Shown: positions 8,705 through 19,552 of the stretch, one piece after another
Numbering within the stretch: the stretch's first letter is position 1
Layout of the letters: each line of letters opens with the position of its first letter
From: a virus
Virus record (IMG/VR): IMGVR_UViG_3300022752_000036
Coordinates: 31,646 to 95,645 of that record
Reading direction: 5' to 3' (one strand)
DNA length: 64,000 nt
Position numbers and translations under genes: made by a program
The notes under the pieces: generated by a model
What the model was told of the DNA's origin: nothing
Seen by the model: only the letters and a program-made list of their open reading frames with translations
Database searches by the model: none

Positions 8705-11700
8705 TCAATTAACATAAATCGACCTACACAGAATCTTGGTTGATGGTCCATCTACCCAATCATGATTTAAATCTAGCACTATATATTTACCTATAGCAGA
8801 TCCTGACGGGATAGAAGAATCTTCGCTAGAATAAAGTCCAGCCTTTGGGTATGATACTTCTACTATATCCCCTATCTGTAAAAGTGGATTAAAGAAAATG
8901 GACATTTCAATAATGGTTTGTTGTTTTGACCATTGTGTTTTCATCCAGTCCGCTAGTGCTTTTGCTTCTGACTCTTTTTGAATCCAGTTTGAATCGAAGG
9001 CAAACTGTTCTTGTTTTTCTTCTTTTGTTAAATTTGGATCCATATATTCAAATGAGTCTGATTTTACTATACTGTCTCCAATTACCTTAAAGAATTTTGT
9101 TTCTCCATCACTTAACATTGTATATGTTCCTGAATTATTTATAATGTAGGCTTCCATTGTAAAGGCATCAATATTAGATCCCACAATGGTTGCAAAAGGA
9201 TTCATTGTAATTACAGGATATCTTGGAATTGCTGGTATATTATCGCCAGAAGTTATTCTAGAAGAAATCTTTAATATTTCTCTGGCGACTGGGCCAAACT
9301 CTTCCATATACCCTATCTCTTCTGGCATCGAACTTTTAGACAAAATAAAATTTGAAAATTGTTTTACTAAAAATGAATTCTGTCCTAGGTACCCTTTATA
9401 TGGATTGTATACTTCTTTAGTATTAAATTCTGCATCTGTAATAGGTGAAGTATACATGTAATCATATCTTACTGTTCCGATTCCAGCTACAAGTCCAGCA
9501 ATTTCTGTTGTAGGTATAGGGCTTTTATCAATAGCTAATATTTCTGTATTATCAATCATAAGCTTAAATGTTTTAAATGTTTCTGTATTATTTGTAGTAG
9601 TGTTAACCTTTAATTGAATATTATACATCTTACCGCCTTGAATACTTTGAAATTGATTTTGATCAGTCTGACTATCGGTAAGAGTTGTTGCTACTCCATT
9701 TACAACCTTAATTATTTTTACACATCGCTCTTTTAGATCTCTAGCAACTGCACTTTGTACTGGTTCTACATGCACAATATATCCCGTTGTGTGAGCAGCA
9801 TTAAGACATACCGCAATTCCTCCTACACAAATTTGATTTCCGCTAGCTGTGCCATCTGAGTTTTTAGCAATTGGAAAATACATACTAGTGCTTACTACAA
9901 AATTATTATATCCAGATTTTATAGTTTTTGCAGTTGTGCTGCTAATAGTATATTTAGTTGGGGAAGTGGCAGTAGGTGTAGCAGTAATTAAAGAGTTTAC
10001 TGTGAGCATAGATCTTGGAGTTTTTAAGCTACTTGAGTCTGTTGATTCTAAAGTCATTAAATTATTATTTAATGTTGTTGTTTTTGCATCTTTATCATAA
10101 ACATATGTTGACCATCTTGATTTAATTGCTACAAGATTAACCTCATGTCTTGCTGGAGCAGGCAATAATCCAAAAGCATTACGTTCTTTAATTCTAAATT
10201 CCCCAGTAGGCTTAAAAGTTCCTGGCTGAGCAAGACCTTGATATTTAGCAATATCTATATCTGATGTTATCCATTGCTCTGCAGTTGTGCTTTGACCTAA
10301 AACTTGATATATATATCTAATTGCATCAAACTCTATAATCTCTTTATTAATTAATAAGAAACCAGCTTTTTGATAAAATACATGATCTACTGCTGATTCA
10401 TATACAGAAACAGGCTCAGTAAATATTGATCCTCCCGCTCCTGTAGATGCCTCTAGGGTTTTAGTTAAAGCTGCGGCACCTAGCTTAATGATTCCAGATT
10501 CGTAGACTGGATCTGCTGAGTATGTATACTGAGAAGTTAATTGTGGAGTATATCTAACCTTAACTGCTTTTGCAGAAGGAACAACTGTCTTTTTTAGATC
10601 TATAATATTTGGTAAATTTTCTCCATTTGTTCCCTTTGCATCATATCTAAATTTAAATACAGAATCTTTATTTTGAAATAAATATTCTCTTGTATAAAAC
10701 TGTAGAACATCATATTCATCAAATACAGCAATCATTTGAGTATCATTACACAAATCTTGAATATGCTCCCATACTGTTCTTGTGCTGTCTGTATAATAAA
10801 ACATTGGTGTAACCGTAGAAGAATCAGTTGATGTTGTATTAAAATTATAATTAGTAAATCCTACGCTATCAAGCAATCTTCTTATAATTGCTTGTGAGGA
10901 GTAATCTCTCATTAAGATATCTGGAGCCATTATTTTTTGTAAGTATCCTGCTCCATCTAATGCTGATATATTTATATCTCCATATTCGCTTAAGCTAAAT
11001 TCTTCTGTTGAATAAAAAACTCCATAAGGGATCTTATCAGAATTTTCAATTGTAATAAAAGGCTCAATGACAATATTTTTGTATAAATTAATTTTATTCT
11101 TATCAAATGGAAATGTCTTATCATATATAAATCCTGTTCCATCATAACAATTTAAATCTAAAGACAATGAGTTTGCTGTAACCATTCCAACTGGAGTTAT
11201 ACCATCAGATGAATTTGAAGACTGTTTTCTAACATCAAAAGTAACCAGTCTGTCTGTAACATCTTTTATACACTTTGCTGCTATTTCAATTATGCCTATG
11301 TACTCGTTTGCAACACTTACTGCTGTAACCTCTAATTTTATTTCAGATATTCCTACTGGCTGTGATGGAGTAGAAAATTTAGTTGTAGTCCATGCTGTAC
11401 CATTATAATATAAATCTACAACTCCATTATTTGGAACAACAGCATTAGTTGAAATTGTAGACTCTACCCCACTTAAATTTTTTATCTTAACTGTCCATGC
11501 TGTTGGCTTTGAATGTGAAGTTTCAAATTTAATTGTTATCTTGTTTGCTGCTGCTGTTTTAGCAGCTGGGTAGGTTACGGTTAGCAAACATCCAGAAAGG
11601 GATGTGACTATTGCTCTCTTGCTTACCCAATACTTGTACTCTGTTTTTTCTCCTGGGTAATAAAGTCTGTATGTTTGATTTGTTGAGGTAGAGTAAATTG

Positions 11701-11965
11701 TAGGATACTGATTTACGCTATTATTTAAAATTAAATATTTAATACCTGCGGTCTTTGGTCTTCTTGGATCAATAATAGACTTTACTGGAAACAACTTTTT
11801 AAATGGCAGTGTGTCTCCTGAAGAAGATGTGACATCTGTTGATGCGGTTACATTAACTCCATCAATTAATTCATTCATATTATACTCTAGCCAGCAGCCT
11901 GGAACAGAGGTATATGAAGTTGATTTATTTATAGCATTAAGTGCATTAGTATATCCAGATAGCAT
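8705..11965 (-). CDS. Large minor tail (hub/baseplate) protein
   Basis: ~1086 aa, two genes after TMP; C-terminal NPLLQIGDIVEV hub motif; TAATG coupling at 11965. Confidence 0.7.
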   Translation of the reverse strand: MLSGYTNALNAINKSTSYTSVPGCWLEYNMNELIDGVNVTASTDVTSSSGDTLPFKKLFPVKSIIDPRRPKTAGIKYLILNNSVNQYPTIYSTSTNQTYRLYYPGEKTEYKYWVSKRAIVTSLSGCLLTVTYPAAKTAAANKITIKFETSHSKPTAWTVKIKNLSGVESTISTNAVVPNNGVVDLYYNGTAWTTTKFSTPSQPVGISEIKLEVTAVSVANEYIGIIEIAAKCIKDVTDRLVTFDVRKQSSNSSDGITPVGMVTANSLSLDLNCYDGTGFIYDKTFPFDKNKINLYKNIVIEPFITIENSDKIPYGVFYSTEEFSLSEYGDINISALDGAGYLQKIMAPDILMRDYSSQAIIRRLLDSVGFTNYNFNTTSTDSSTVTPMFYYTDSTRTVWEHIQDLCNDTQMIAVFDEYDVLQFYTREYLFQNKDSVFKFRYDAKGTNGENLPNIIDLKKTVVPSAKAVKVRYTPQLTSQYTYSADPVYESGIIKLGAAALTKTLEASTGAGGSIFTEPVSVYESAVDHVFYQKAGFLLINKEIIEFDAIRYIYQVLGQSTTAEQWITSDIDIAKYQGLAQPGTFKPTGEFRIKERNAFGLLPAPARHEVNLVAIKSRWSTYVYDKDAKTTTLNNNLMTLESTDSSSLKTPRSMLTVNSLITATPTATSPTKYTISSTTAKTIKSGYNNFVVSTSMYFPIAKNSDGTASGNQICVGGIAVCLNAAHTTGYIVHVEPVQSAVARDLKERCVKIIKVVNGVATTLTDSQTDQNQFQSIQGGKMYNIQLKVNTTTNNTETFKTFKLMIDNTEILAIDKSPIPTTEIAGLVAGIGTVRYDYMYTSPITDAEFNTKEVYNPYKGYLGQNSFLVKQFSNFILSKSSMPEEIGYMEEFGPVAREILKISSRITSGDNIPAIPRYPVITMNPFATIVGSNIDAFTMEAYIINNSGTYTMLSDGETKFFKVIGDSIVKSDSFEYMDPNLTKEEKQEQFAFDSNWIQKESEAKALADWMKTQWSKQQTIIEMSIFFNPLLQIGDIVEVSYPKAGLYSSEDSSIPSGSAIGKYIVLDLNHDWVDGPSTKILCRSIYVN

Positions 11966-12423
11966 TATACTTCTTCCAGACCTATGCTGACGTCCCAAAA
12001 TTCTTGAGCAGCATCTGATGATTTAGACTTAACATTTCTTTTAACAAGCGTATGACTACACTCAGAAAATATAACATTAATAACTTCATCTCTTGCAGTA
12101 ACTGCATTATAAGAAATTTTTAGTTTAAAAGAACCTTTCCCTTTATTATGATAAAAAGTTTTTAAATCAATTGCTCCATATCCGCCATCTATTGTCATAG
12201 AGCTATATGAAGGAAGCATTCTCCAGTTAGTAGAAATTACTTTTTTATCTGCAGTAAATAATTTACGCATTGTTCCATTTGCCATTCTTTGCTGTTTTTC
12301 AATTCTGTTATTTCCTAGACTTACTGGCTCTCTATTATGCTCAGTTAATTTAGCCCATACTGGATTGTCATCAGTTGATGTATCTATATATAAAACAGAA
12401 CCTACGGGTAATGTTATTGCCAT
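11965..12423 (-). CDS. Distal tail (Dit-like) protein
   Basis: Immediately after TMP; RMANGTMR motif, ends WDVSIGLEEV. Confidence 0.65.
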   Translation of the reverse strand: MAITLPVGSVLYIDTSTDDNPVWAKLTEHNREPVSLGNNRIEKQQRMANGTMRKLFTADKKVISTNWRMLPSYSSMTIDGGYGAIDLKTFYHNKGKGSFKLKISYNAVTARDEVINVIFSECSHTLVKRNVKSKSSDAAQEFWDVSIGLEEV

Positions 12424-15400
12424 TATGACCTCCTTGGACCCATTTCTGAAATAGATCTTCTATTTCCTTTTTCTAAAACCTCTATGGTTGCTGTTGTTAC
12501 TTTTCTTACTAAGGCATCCATATTTTCTCCTTCAGCCTGCATAATTGTTTGATTTAAAACAATTGGTTGCTGAGGTGCAGATTGAGAAGCTAAGTTTGCA
12601 AAATTCTTTTGTCCAGTTTGTACATTGTATGTTGGTGTGGCATATGGCATATTATTAATATCTGGAATAACCATATTGCCAAACAACATTTCTGGTCCGT
12701 TATCTCCAACTATTGTAGGAATATTAGGATTAATATGTGTTAATCCTTTTCCAGCTTTAACTACAGAGAATCCAGCATATCCAGCTTCTCCTGTAACCCG
12801 CCATCTTTGTCCATTTTTATCTGTAAATGTAGAACCTACCCACGTTCCAGTTCTATCCCCAGCTCCTCTAAATTGTTTTTTAGCTCCTGACTTTTCTAAT
12901 TCTGATGCTGTTACATATGTTCCTCCAGCATACTGACCAGACTTCTTTGGGTCATCAGAAAACTTAGCTGGAGTTGCTGGTGTAGGACCTGCTGAGGCTT
13001 TCATGTAATCGATATAATCTTTTCCGCCAATAATAAGCCTGTCTGCAGTTATTGACTTAGATGCTAGATCTCCTGCTTGATCTGGCTTGCTAGAACCACC
13101 ATTTGGCAAACCATACCATTGACCATTAGCACCCTTCTTTGGTCCCAAATTAACTCCTGCGGCCTCTGTAGGAGCAACTAATCCAGCAAGCAAATATTTT
13201 CCAGTTTCAGTTTTTCTAAAATCTGCTTCTGTCATTCCTGGATTCTCATCTAAAAACTTTACAAGATTTAAATTGTATGCAGTTTGAGCAGCATTTAAGC
13301 TATCAATAGTTTTATTTAGTGCAGCTATCTTTTTATCAAGTGTTGCTAGGTTCTCTCCAGCTGCGGCTGCTGCATCTGCAAGCTTTTGATTTGCTTCATT
13401 AATCTTTTCAACTTCAGCAATAAGAGGCGCATTTGCTTTATCTCTTGCTGCTTCAATTGCTCTTGTTTGTCCTAATGTTTGAAGATTTTGTACAGCGGAT
13501 TCATATCTAAGCCTTGCCTGTGCTTCCTGTTGTGTATTGCCAGTAGATTGTGCAAACTGCACTTCGAGTCTTGCTGACTCCATTTCACGATTAAGATCAG
13601 CATCTTCTTTTGCTGCATTAAGAGCCTTAATACGTGCATCAGCTAGTTTATTTGTAGCATCAATCTGTTTTTGAAGAGCTTTAATTCTATCTCTTGCAGA
13701 TATTTGATCTTTAACACTTTGTCCTTTTGCTTGAGTTGCAAGTTTTTCTCTTTGAGCTTTTAGCTTTCCTAGCTGATCGTATTCATCAGCCAAAGCCCCG
13801 CCTACTTGCTTATTAGCATCAATAACCTTTTGCTGTATAATCATTCCCATGTTATACAGTGCTTGAGTTTGAGCAGCGTTAAGTTGAGAAAGATCTCCTT
13901 GTAGTCCCAAAGCTTGTAGTCTTAGCTTTTGCCATACGCTTACTACTGTATCTGATGTATTGGCAAGCTCTTTAATTGCTGGGTTGGCTTTTGCCATTTC
14001 TTTAATAGTTGCAGCAGTTAATGTTGTTTGTTTATATTGACTTTGATTTAAATAATCCATCATTTGAATTTCAGCTTGATACATGCTAATTTTTTCAGTT
14101 TTGCCAGTCTTATCTTTCTTTGCAGCCTCTTCACTCTTTTTAATAATTTCTTCAATTCCAGCATCTACTGCCGTTAATGCAGTATTAAGTGCTGCAGCTT
14201 GTGATTGTGCATTGCCTAGCCTTGTAGCAGTATCAAATGATTTTAATGAACCTGCTGCTGCGCCCTTTGCATCTTGTATAGCGCTAAAATCTTTATTTCC
14301 TACAGTAGATATTGCTGCCATATCTGCATTTTTAGACAAAGCAAACATTGCATAAATTTTCTTTGTAGCTTCATCAGCAGACATTCCTGCAGCAATAAAT
14401 TGCTGTTTAAATCTAACTGCTAGATCTCCAAGTTCTGCTTTCTTCGTAGAATTAATTAATTTAATCTGTTCATCAAATGCACCCTTAACTTCTTCTTTAA
14501 GTTTACGATACTCAGTGATAGTCATCTTAATAGGGATGCCTGCTTGTGTCATGCTTTCATACGAAAGCTTATTTGCCTCCATTAAGTCTTTCGATCTTTG
14601 AATACTATCTTTAATTTTTTGATTATAGTCTACAAATTTTATTCCTGCTTTTTGAGCTGCTTCTGCTGTAAGACCATATCCTAAAGCATTAAGTTTTTGT
14701 TGCTCTTGATACTTTTTAAATACAGTAAATCCTGCTGTTAATGCAGTAGTTATTCCAGTAATTGCTAGTCCGAGAGGGGTAGCGGAAGCAAGAACTCTTC
14801 CAAGAACTGGCCCTAACTTTGACATAACTGCACCAGCTTGAGATCCAGCTTTACCCATATTAATTAAATTAGCTGATGTCTGTGCTAATGGTTTTAATGT
14901 TGATGTTGCTCCTTGAGGAAGTTTACTTGTTAGACCTCTTGTCATTCCTCCCATTGCACCCATAGGAAGTAAGAATGGAAGTATGTTAGATACATTGCTT
15001 ATTGCTGCTCCAGTTGTTCCACCGACCTTGTTTCCAAGCATGTTTCCAAGTAGCGGTATTCCCATTGCAGCTAGTAATCCTGCTACTAAGCCTCCGCCAC
15101 GGTATCCTTTAACTGGACCGCCATTTTCATATCCCATAGGACCAGATGATCCTCCTATATAGCCTCCGCTAGCTTTTCTTGGAGCACCCATAAATTTTCT
15201 TGATGCTAACAGGTCTTCAAAAATACTCTTTCTAAATTTCTTTGTTCCACCTGTGACATGAGAAGCTTTTTGTCCAGTAATTGGATCTGTTGTAATTACA
15301 GCAGATTTACCAACTTTGCCTGTAGGAGAATCTGGAAGTTGATAGTAATAAGGATCTGTTCCTGCTGCTGCTTTTGCTTGTGCAGTAGGCATTTGTCCAG

Positions 15401-18400
15401 ACGATGGTTTATCTTTAAAGCTATCTGCCCTAAACATAGCAGGCTTTTGAGCTTTTGCTATAGCAGATTCTATTTCTGTTCTTGCGCCTTTTGGTAATTT
15501 ACCTAAAGAGTCTTTTGTCATTCCCCAAATTGCAGATAAATCATTATCATGATATATCCTATTATTTGGAAGCATTACTGCGTGTCTTAACAATAACTTT
15601 TGTAATTCTTTTTTAGCTTTAGGAGAAAGGTTTTTAAAATATTTAGTATTAAATATTTTTGGAGATTGTAATGCACGTAGCAATTCATTTCGTGTTAGAC
15701 CACGTTTGCCTTGCCTTAAATATTGATTTTCTTTATCTGTTAATGAAAGTGTTTGTTCATCATATACTTGAACTCCATGTTCTGGCATTGATGCAATTAA
15801 AGCAGAAGTTCCTTTTGGAAGATGGTCTCCAAATGCTGTTCCTAATTCTGCAGCAGTCATTGGAACCGATTGACTTACATGAGAAGCCTGTCTAGGTCTT
15901 GATGCGCTTTGTCCATCTGCAATGCTATTTAATTTATCAAGAAGTGGAACTCCAAGCTTGTCTACTGCAGATTTCTTTAATACATATTCTCCTTCGGTAA
16001 GCCATGCTGGGACTGTATCTGTACCACTTGGTCCACCGCCTGCCATATATACTGGACCGCCCGTAGCCATACGTCTAGGTCTTGTTGTTTCAATACTGTA
16101 TGGAGCACCAAATGTTTTTACCTTAAGGTTTTGTGCAATTCTATTTAGAAGACCTCTTGTTCTACCTGGTCTTGAAAGTTCTTTCATATTACTTTTACCA
16201 GTAACTGGATCTACTACTGGCTGATTAAGTAATGGAACATTTGTAAGATTAATACTTCTTCCTTGTGCACCTGCAATATCTGTTGCTGCGGCAGCCATCA
16301 TTGCTTCTACTTCAGCATTTAAAGCCATTATTTTTGATCTAGCTTGATCAACTGTTATCTTTCCAGCTTGTAGTTCAGCAACAATTGCAGCAGATGCTTG
16401 TGCAGCATTTGAAGTTAATTCTGTCATCTTAGGCAAAAGTGCTTGATATGAATCAGAAAGTTCTGATGTTATTAGTCCAGTTCTTTCAACTTCAGTCTTT
16501 AATGTTTTAATTTCTGCGTCTGACTGCATTGCTAATGCGGCTGTCATAGAATGCCATTTTGCTGCTTCTTCTGCAACTACACCAGTTGAAACTCCTTTTA
16601 CAGATGTTATTCCTTCTATTTTTGGAAGATCTTCAGACATATAAATTTGTGGTGTTCCACCAATTTTTTGATTTACTTTAGGGGCTCCTGGAACAACTCC
16701 AAATATAGTTTGTCTTATTTTTTCATCCGTAGTCATCTTTGATACTGGATTTAAATGAGACATTGATCTTGTATCAGTTGGACTTAATAGTGGATGATTT
16801 GGATTTACTTGTCTTCCTCCGCCAGCTACAATGGTACCGCCCATTGTTGTAAACATTGGAGTTGTTGATATTTGCCCGCTCTTTGCTTTTGCTTCTAATA
16901 TTGAAAGCTCTGCTATAAGCCCTTCAACAGCAGTTTTTAAAACAGTAGCTGCTTTTGCGTCACTATAAAAAGTTTGTTCAATTAGTGTTCCTGCTTTTTG
17001 TGCAGCCATCATTTCTGGAGTAAGCATCTTCCAGCCTTCTCCGCCTTTAAAGAATGCCTTAAATGCTGCTGCTCCCTTAACTATATAGCCAAAGAAGTTT
17101 GCAAGAACACCAGTTAACATAATGACTGGACCAATTATTGCTGTAAGTCCCGTTACAAATGTTAAAATTGTTTTAACTGGAGCAGGTAATTTATTTACAA
17201 ATTTAACTATGCTATCTACAACATTAACAAAAAATGTTTGTACCTTTAAAAATTCTTCGCCAATTCCAGCTAGATCTGCTTTTAATGATTCTACAGCTCT
17301 CTTATACTTTCCAGATGCTGACTCTGTAACAAGATTTAATTCTCGTGCTGCTACAGAAGCTAAGTCTTGTGAGCTTGCCTTCATCAAATCTAATACTTGA
17401 AGTGTTTGACTTCCTTCTTTTCCTAAGTTTTCAAATAGCGCTTGCATTCTTGCAAATTGAAACTTACCAAATAACTGCTCGATAGCTTGAGATTTTTGTA
17501 AAGGATTTAAATTATCTAGAGCGCCTTGAAGCTCTAGTATCATGCCAGTTAGATCTCCAGCATTATCTGTAACTATTCCCTTTAAATCAATTCCTAGTTC
17601 TGCAAATTTTTCTGTTGCAACTTTTGTTGGATTAATTAATGATGCAAGCGCTGACTTTAAAGCATTTGCTCCTTCTGTTGCATTAACTCCACCTTCACGC
17701 ATAGCAGTTAGATATAAAGCTAAGTCCTTTACGCTTCCGCCTAATCCTTGAATAACTGGACCAGCTTTTGGAATAGCTTCAATTAAATCTGCTAAACTTG
17801 TTGAAGTTTGGTTTTCAACTGAGTTTAAAAAGTTAATTGATTCTGTTAGTTGTTCAGTATTTTGCTTAAATGCAGTTTGAATTGCTAAAGTTGCTTTCAT
17901 TGCATCTTGGCGATCAACTTCTCCAAGTACTGCAAGACGACTTGTTTCTTTTACCGAACCTATAAGTTCAGCTCCCTGTTGTCCAGTTGCAGCTATATCA
18001 GCTGCTAGCTGAATTGTTTCTTTAAATGATGTTCCATATGCTGCAGAAAGTTCTTTTGCTGTTGCAGAAACATCTTTTCTAATTGCTGCAAGATCTGCTG
18101 CAGATGTAGCAGCAACTCCACCATAGACCTTTGTCAATCTTGTTAATTCGGCATCTGCTTCTCTAAATGCTTTTGCTGCAGCTGCACCAAATGCTGCTAA
18201 TGGTACTGTTAGTCCTACTGTTAACTGACGACCAGCCCACTGAGTATTTTTACCCCAGTTAATTAATTGAACTCCGCCATCTTGAATAACCTTATTCATA
18301 ATAGCAAGCTCTTGTCTTGCTAAAGCCGTCTTATTTTTTATCGCATCTAATCCTTGTGGAATATGTACGTTATATTGCATAAGCCCTTGAGCATTTTTGC

Positions 18401-18779
18401 CCAAGGGTTGAACTATTGCATTTTGTAGCGCTACTTGCTGTTTAGCAAGCTCTCTAATTAATCCGCCAGATGTTTTTGTATGCTCTTGAAATGTTCTAAA
18501 GTAGTCTCTTAGTTTTAGTTTTCCACCGTCTAAGTTTTTACCAAACTTTTCTACGTCAGAGCTTAGTGTTACAAAGTGTGTTGAGAATTGACCAGTTCTT
18601 CTTAAATTTTCTGCAAATGATCTATTCATTACAGCAATCTGATTTGCTAATTTTGCATCAGATTGTATTAACTGGGTTTGTAATTTAGATAGAGAGGCTG
18701 TTACCCTATTGACATCTGCAATAAGGTTTGAAAAATCCGCATTGGCAACTATATTAGTTACAATGTTTTCATCAGCCAT
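12423..18779 (-). CDS. Tape measure protein (TP901-like core)
   Basis: 2118 aa Ala-rich helical protein; EGANALKS, EQLFGK core; GPSGTDTVPAWLTEGEYV motif; follows tail chaperones. Confidence 0.95.
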   Translation of the reverse strand: MADENIVTNIVANADFSNLIADVNRVTASLSKLQTQLIQSDAKLANQIAVMNRSFAENLRRTGQFSTHFVTLSSDVEKFGKNLDGGKLKLRDYFRTFQEHTKTSGGLIRELAKQQVALQNAIVQPLGKNAQGLMQYNVHIPQGLDAIKNKTALARQELAIMNKVIQDGGVQLINWGKNTQWAGRQLTVGLTVPLAAFGAAAAKAFREADAELTRLTKVYGGVAATSAADLAAIRKDVSATAKELSAAYGTSFKETIQLAADIAATGQQGAELIGSVKETSRLAVLGEVDRQDAMKATLAIQTAFKQNTEQLTESINFLNSVENQTSTSLADLIEAIPKAGPVIQGLGGSVKDLALYLTAMREGGVNATEGANALKSALASLINPTKVATEKFAELGIDLKGIVTDNAGDLTGMILELQGALDNLNPLQKSQAIEQLFGKFQFARMQALFENLGKEGSQTLQVLDLMKASSQDLASVAARELNLVTESASGKYKRAVESLKADLAGIGEEFLKVQTFFVNVVDSIVKFVNKLPAPVKTILTFVTGLTAIIGPVIMLTGVLANFFGYIVKGAAAFKAFFKGGEGWKMLTPEMMAAQKAGTLIEQTFYSDAKAATVLKTAVEGLIAELSILEAKAKSGQISTTPMFTTMGGTIVAGGGRQVNPNHPLLSPTDTRSMSHLNPVSKMTTDEKIRQTIFGVVPGAPKVNQKIGGTPQIYMSEDLPKIEGITSVKGVSTGVVAEEAAKWHSMTAALAMQSDAEIKTLKTEVERTGLITSELSDSYQALLPKMTELTSNAAQASAAIVAELQAGKITVDQARSKIMALNAEVEAMMAAAATDIAGAQGRSINLTNVPLLNQPVVDPVTGKSNMKELSRPGRTRGLLNRIAQNLKVKTFGAPYSIETTRPRRMATGGPVYMAGGGPSGTDTVPAWLTEGEYVLKKSAVDKLGVPLLDKLNSIADGQSASRPRQASHVSQSVPMTAAELGTAFGDHLPKGTSALIASMPEHGVQVYDEQTLSLTDKENQYLRQGKRGLTRNELLRALQSPKIFNTKYFKNLSPKAKKELQKLLLRHAVMLPNNRIYHDNDLSAIWGMTKDSLGKLPKGARTEIESAIAKAQKPAMFRADSFKDKPSSGQMPTAQAKAAAGTDPYYYQLPDSPTGKVGKSAVITTDPITGQKASHVTGGTKKFRKSIFEDLLASRKFMGAPRKASGGYIGGSSGPMGYENGGPVKGYRGGGLVAGLLAAMGIPLLGNMLGNKVGGTTGAAISNVSNILPFLLPMGAMGGMTRGLTSKLPQGATSTLKPLAQTSANLINMGKAGSQAGAVMSKLGPVLGRVLASATPLGLAITGITTALTAGFTVFKKYQEQQKLNALGYGLTAEAAQKAGIKFVDYNQKIKDSIQRSKDLMEANKLSYESMTQAGIPIKMTITEYRKLKEEVKGAFDEQIKLINSTKKAELGDLAVRFKQQFIAAGMSADEATKKIYAMFALSKNADMAAISTVGNKDFSAIQDAKGAAAGSLKSFDTATRLGNAQSQAAALNTALTAVDAGIEEIIKKSEEAAKKDKTGKTEKISMYQAEIQMMDYLNQSQYKQTTLTAATIKEMAKANPAIKELANTSDTVVSVWQKLRLQALGLQGDLSQLNAAQTQALYNMGMIIQQKVIDANKQVGGALADEYDQLGKLKAQREKLATQAKGQSVKDQISARDRIKALQKQIDATNKLADARIKALNAAKEDADLNREMESARLEVQFAQSTGNTQQEAQARLRYESAVQNLQTLGQTRAIEAARDKANAPLIAEVEKINEANQKLADAAAAAGENLATLDKKIAALNKTIDSLNAAQTAYNLNLVKFLDENPGMTEADFRKTETGKYLLAGLVAPTEAAGVNLGPKKGANGQWYGLPNGGSSKPDQAGDLASKSITADRLIIGGKDYIDYMKASAGPTPATPAKFSDDPKKSGQYAGGTYVTASELEKSGAKKQFRGAGDRTGTWVGSTFTDKNGQRWRVTGEAGYAGFSVVKAGKGLTHINPNIPTIVGDNGPEMLFGNMVIPDINNMPYATPTYNVQTGQKNFANLASQSAPQQPIVLNQTIMQAEGENMDALVRKVTTATIEVLEKGNRRSISEMGPRRS

Positions 18780-18786
18780 ACGCTAT

Positions 18787-19155
18787 CTACTCCTTAACAT
18801 ATCCTAGTCCCGCCCCTATTCCAAAGCCAGCTTCTTGAGCCAGTGGTCCCTGCAGAGAAAGTATATCGCTATCATCTGCATTTATTCCTAGTGCTCTCTT
18901 TCTGACTTCTTCAAAACTAGAACTGTTTTCTTTTTCTTCATCATCTTCTAAGTTTATACCCTTAAGGCTTGCAGTAAATTTTCTTTTTTCTGATTCCTTT
19001 TTAGATATTGATTTTAGTGTTTGAATAAGTTCTGGCATTGAGAGATTTGATTCTAGTTCATCGTAATTCCGCCAATGTCCTAGAAGAAACACTTCTCCCT
19101 CTAAGGCAGCTAGATCTAGTTCATCCCAGCTAGAACCGCCGCCTGAGTTAAATTT
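18787..19155 (-). CDS. Tail assembly chaperone, -1 frameshift extension (gpT-like)
   Basis: -1 frame open from slippery site: NSGGGSSWDELDLAALEGEVFLLGHWRNYDELE... Confidence 0.8.
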   Translation of the reverse strand, partial: KFNSGGGSSWDELDLAALEGEVFLLGHWRNYDELESNLSMPELIQTLKSISKKESEKRKFTASLKGINLEDDEEKENSSSFEEVRKRALGINADDSDILSLQGPLAQEAGFGIGAGLGYVKE

Positions 19156-19454
19156 GCGTTATCATCATCCATCTTAATTCCACCACAGACTTCTAGAATT
19201 CTGTTGATTGTTGGAATGTCAAGTGCTGCTTCTAGCGCATCTTTATCTTTTACCAGGTTTGGAAGTTGGCCTTCAAGCGCCACTCCGCATGCCTCAATTA
19301 ACAGATCAAGCGATTGTGATTGTTCTGTAACATCTGCAGTTTTGGTAATGACTGCCATAAACTTTCTTAGTTCTTTAATAGATAACGGCTTCAATTTTGC
19401 TATTGAGCCATCTTGTAGAGTAACTTCTTCTACGTTATATACTGTAGTTGCCAA
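19116..19454 (-). CDS. Tail assembly chaperone (gpG-like)
   Basis: Between major tail and TMP; LKPLSIKELRKF; TTG start with AAGGAGG RBS. Confidence 0.85.
   Translation of the reverse strand: MATTVYNVEEVTLQDGSIAKLKPLSIKELRKFMAVITKTADVTEQSQSLDLLIEACGVALEGQLPNLVKDKDALEAALDIPTINRILEVCGGIKMDDDNANLTQAAVLAGMN
19149..19155 (-). promoter_or_regulatory. Programmed -1 frameshift slippery heptamer A AAT TTA
   Basis: X XXY YYZ in the correct frame (GCA AAT TTA), joining the two chaperone ORFs. Confidence 0.8.
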
Positions 19455-19480
19455 TTTATCCTCCTTGGATAGTCTTAATT

Positions 19481-19489
19481 ATTATAGCA
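19481..19489 (-). promoter_or_regulatory. Extended -10 promoter for chaperone/TMP genes
   Basis: TGCTATAAT just downstream of the major tail terminator. Confidence 0.65.
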
Positions 19490-19513
19490 TAATGATATTA
19501 CAGACACAATAAC

Positions 19514-19537
19514 AAAGCCCCCTAAAAAGGGGGCTTT
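19514..19537 (-). terminator. Intrinsic terminator after major tail gene
   Basis: AAAGCCCCC-TTTTTA-GGGGGCTTT then GTTATT. Confidence 0.8.
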
Positions 19538-19552
19538 ATTATCTTAATTTAA

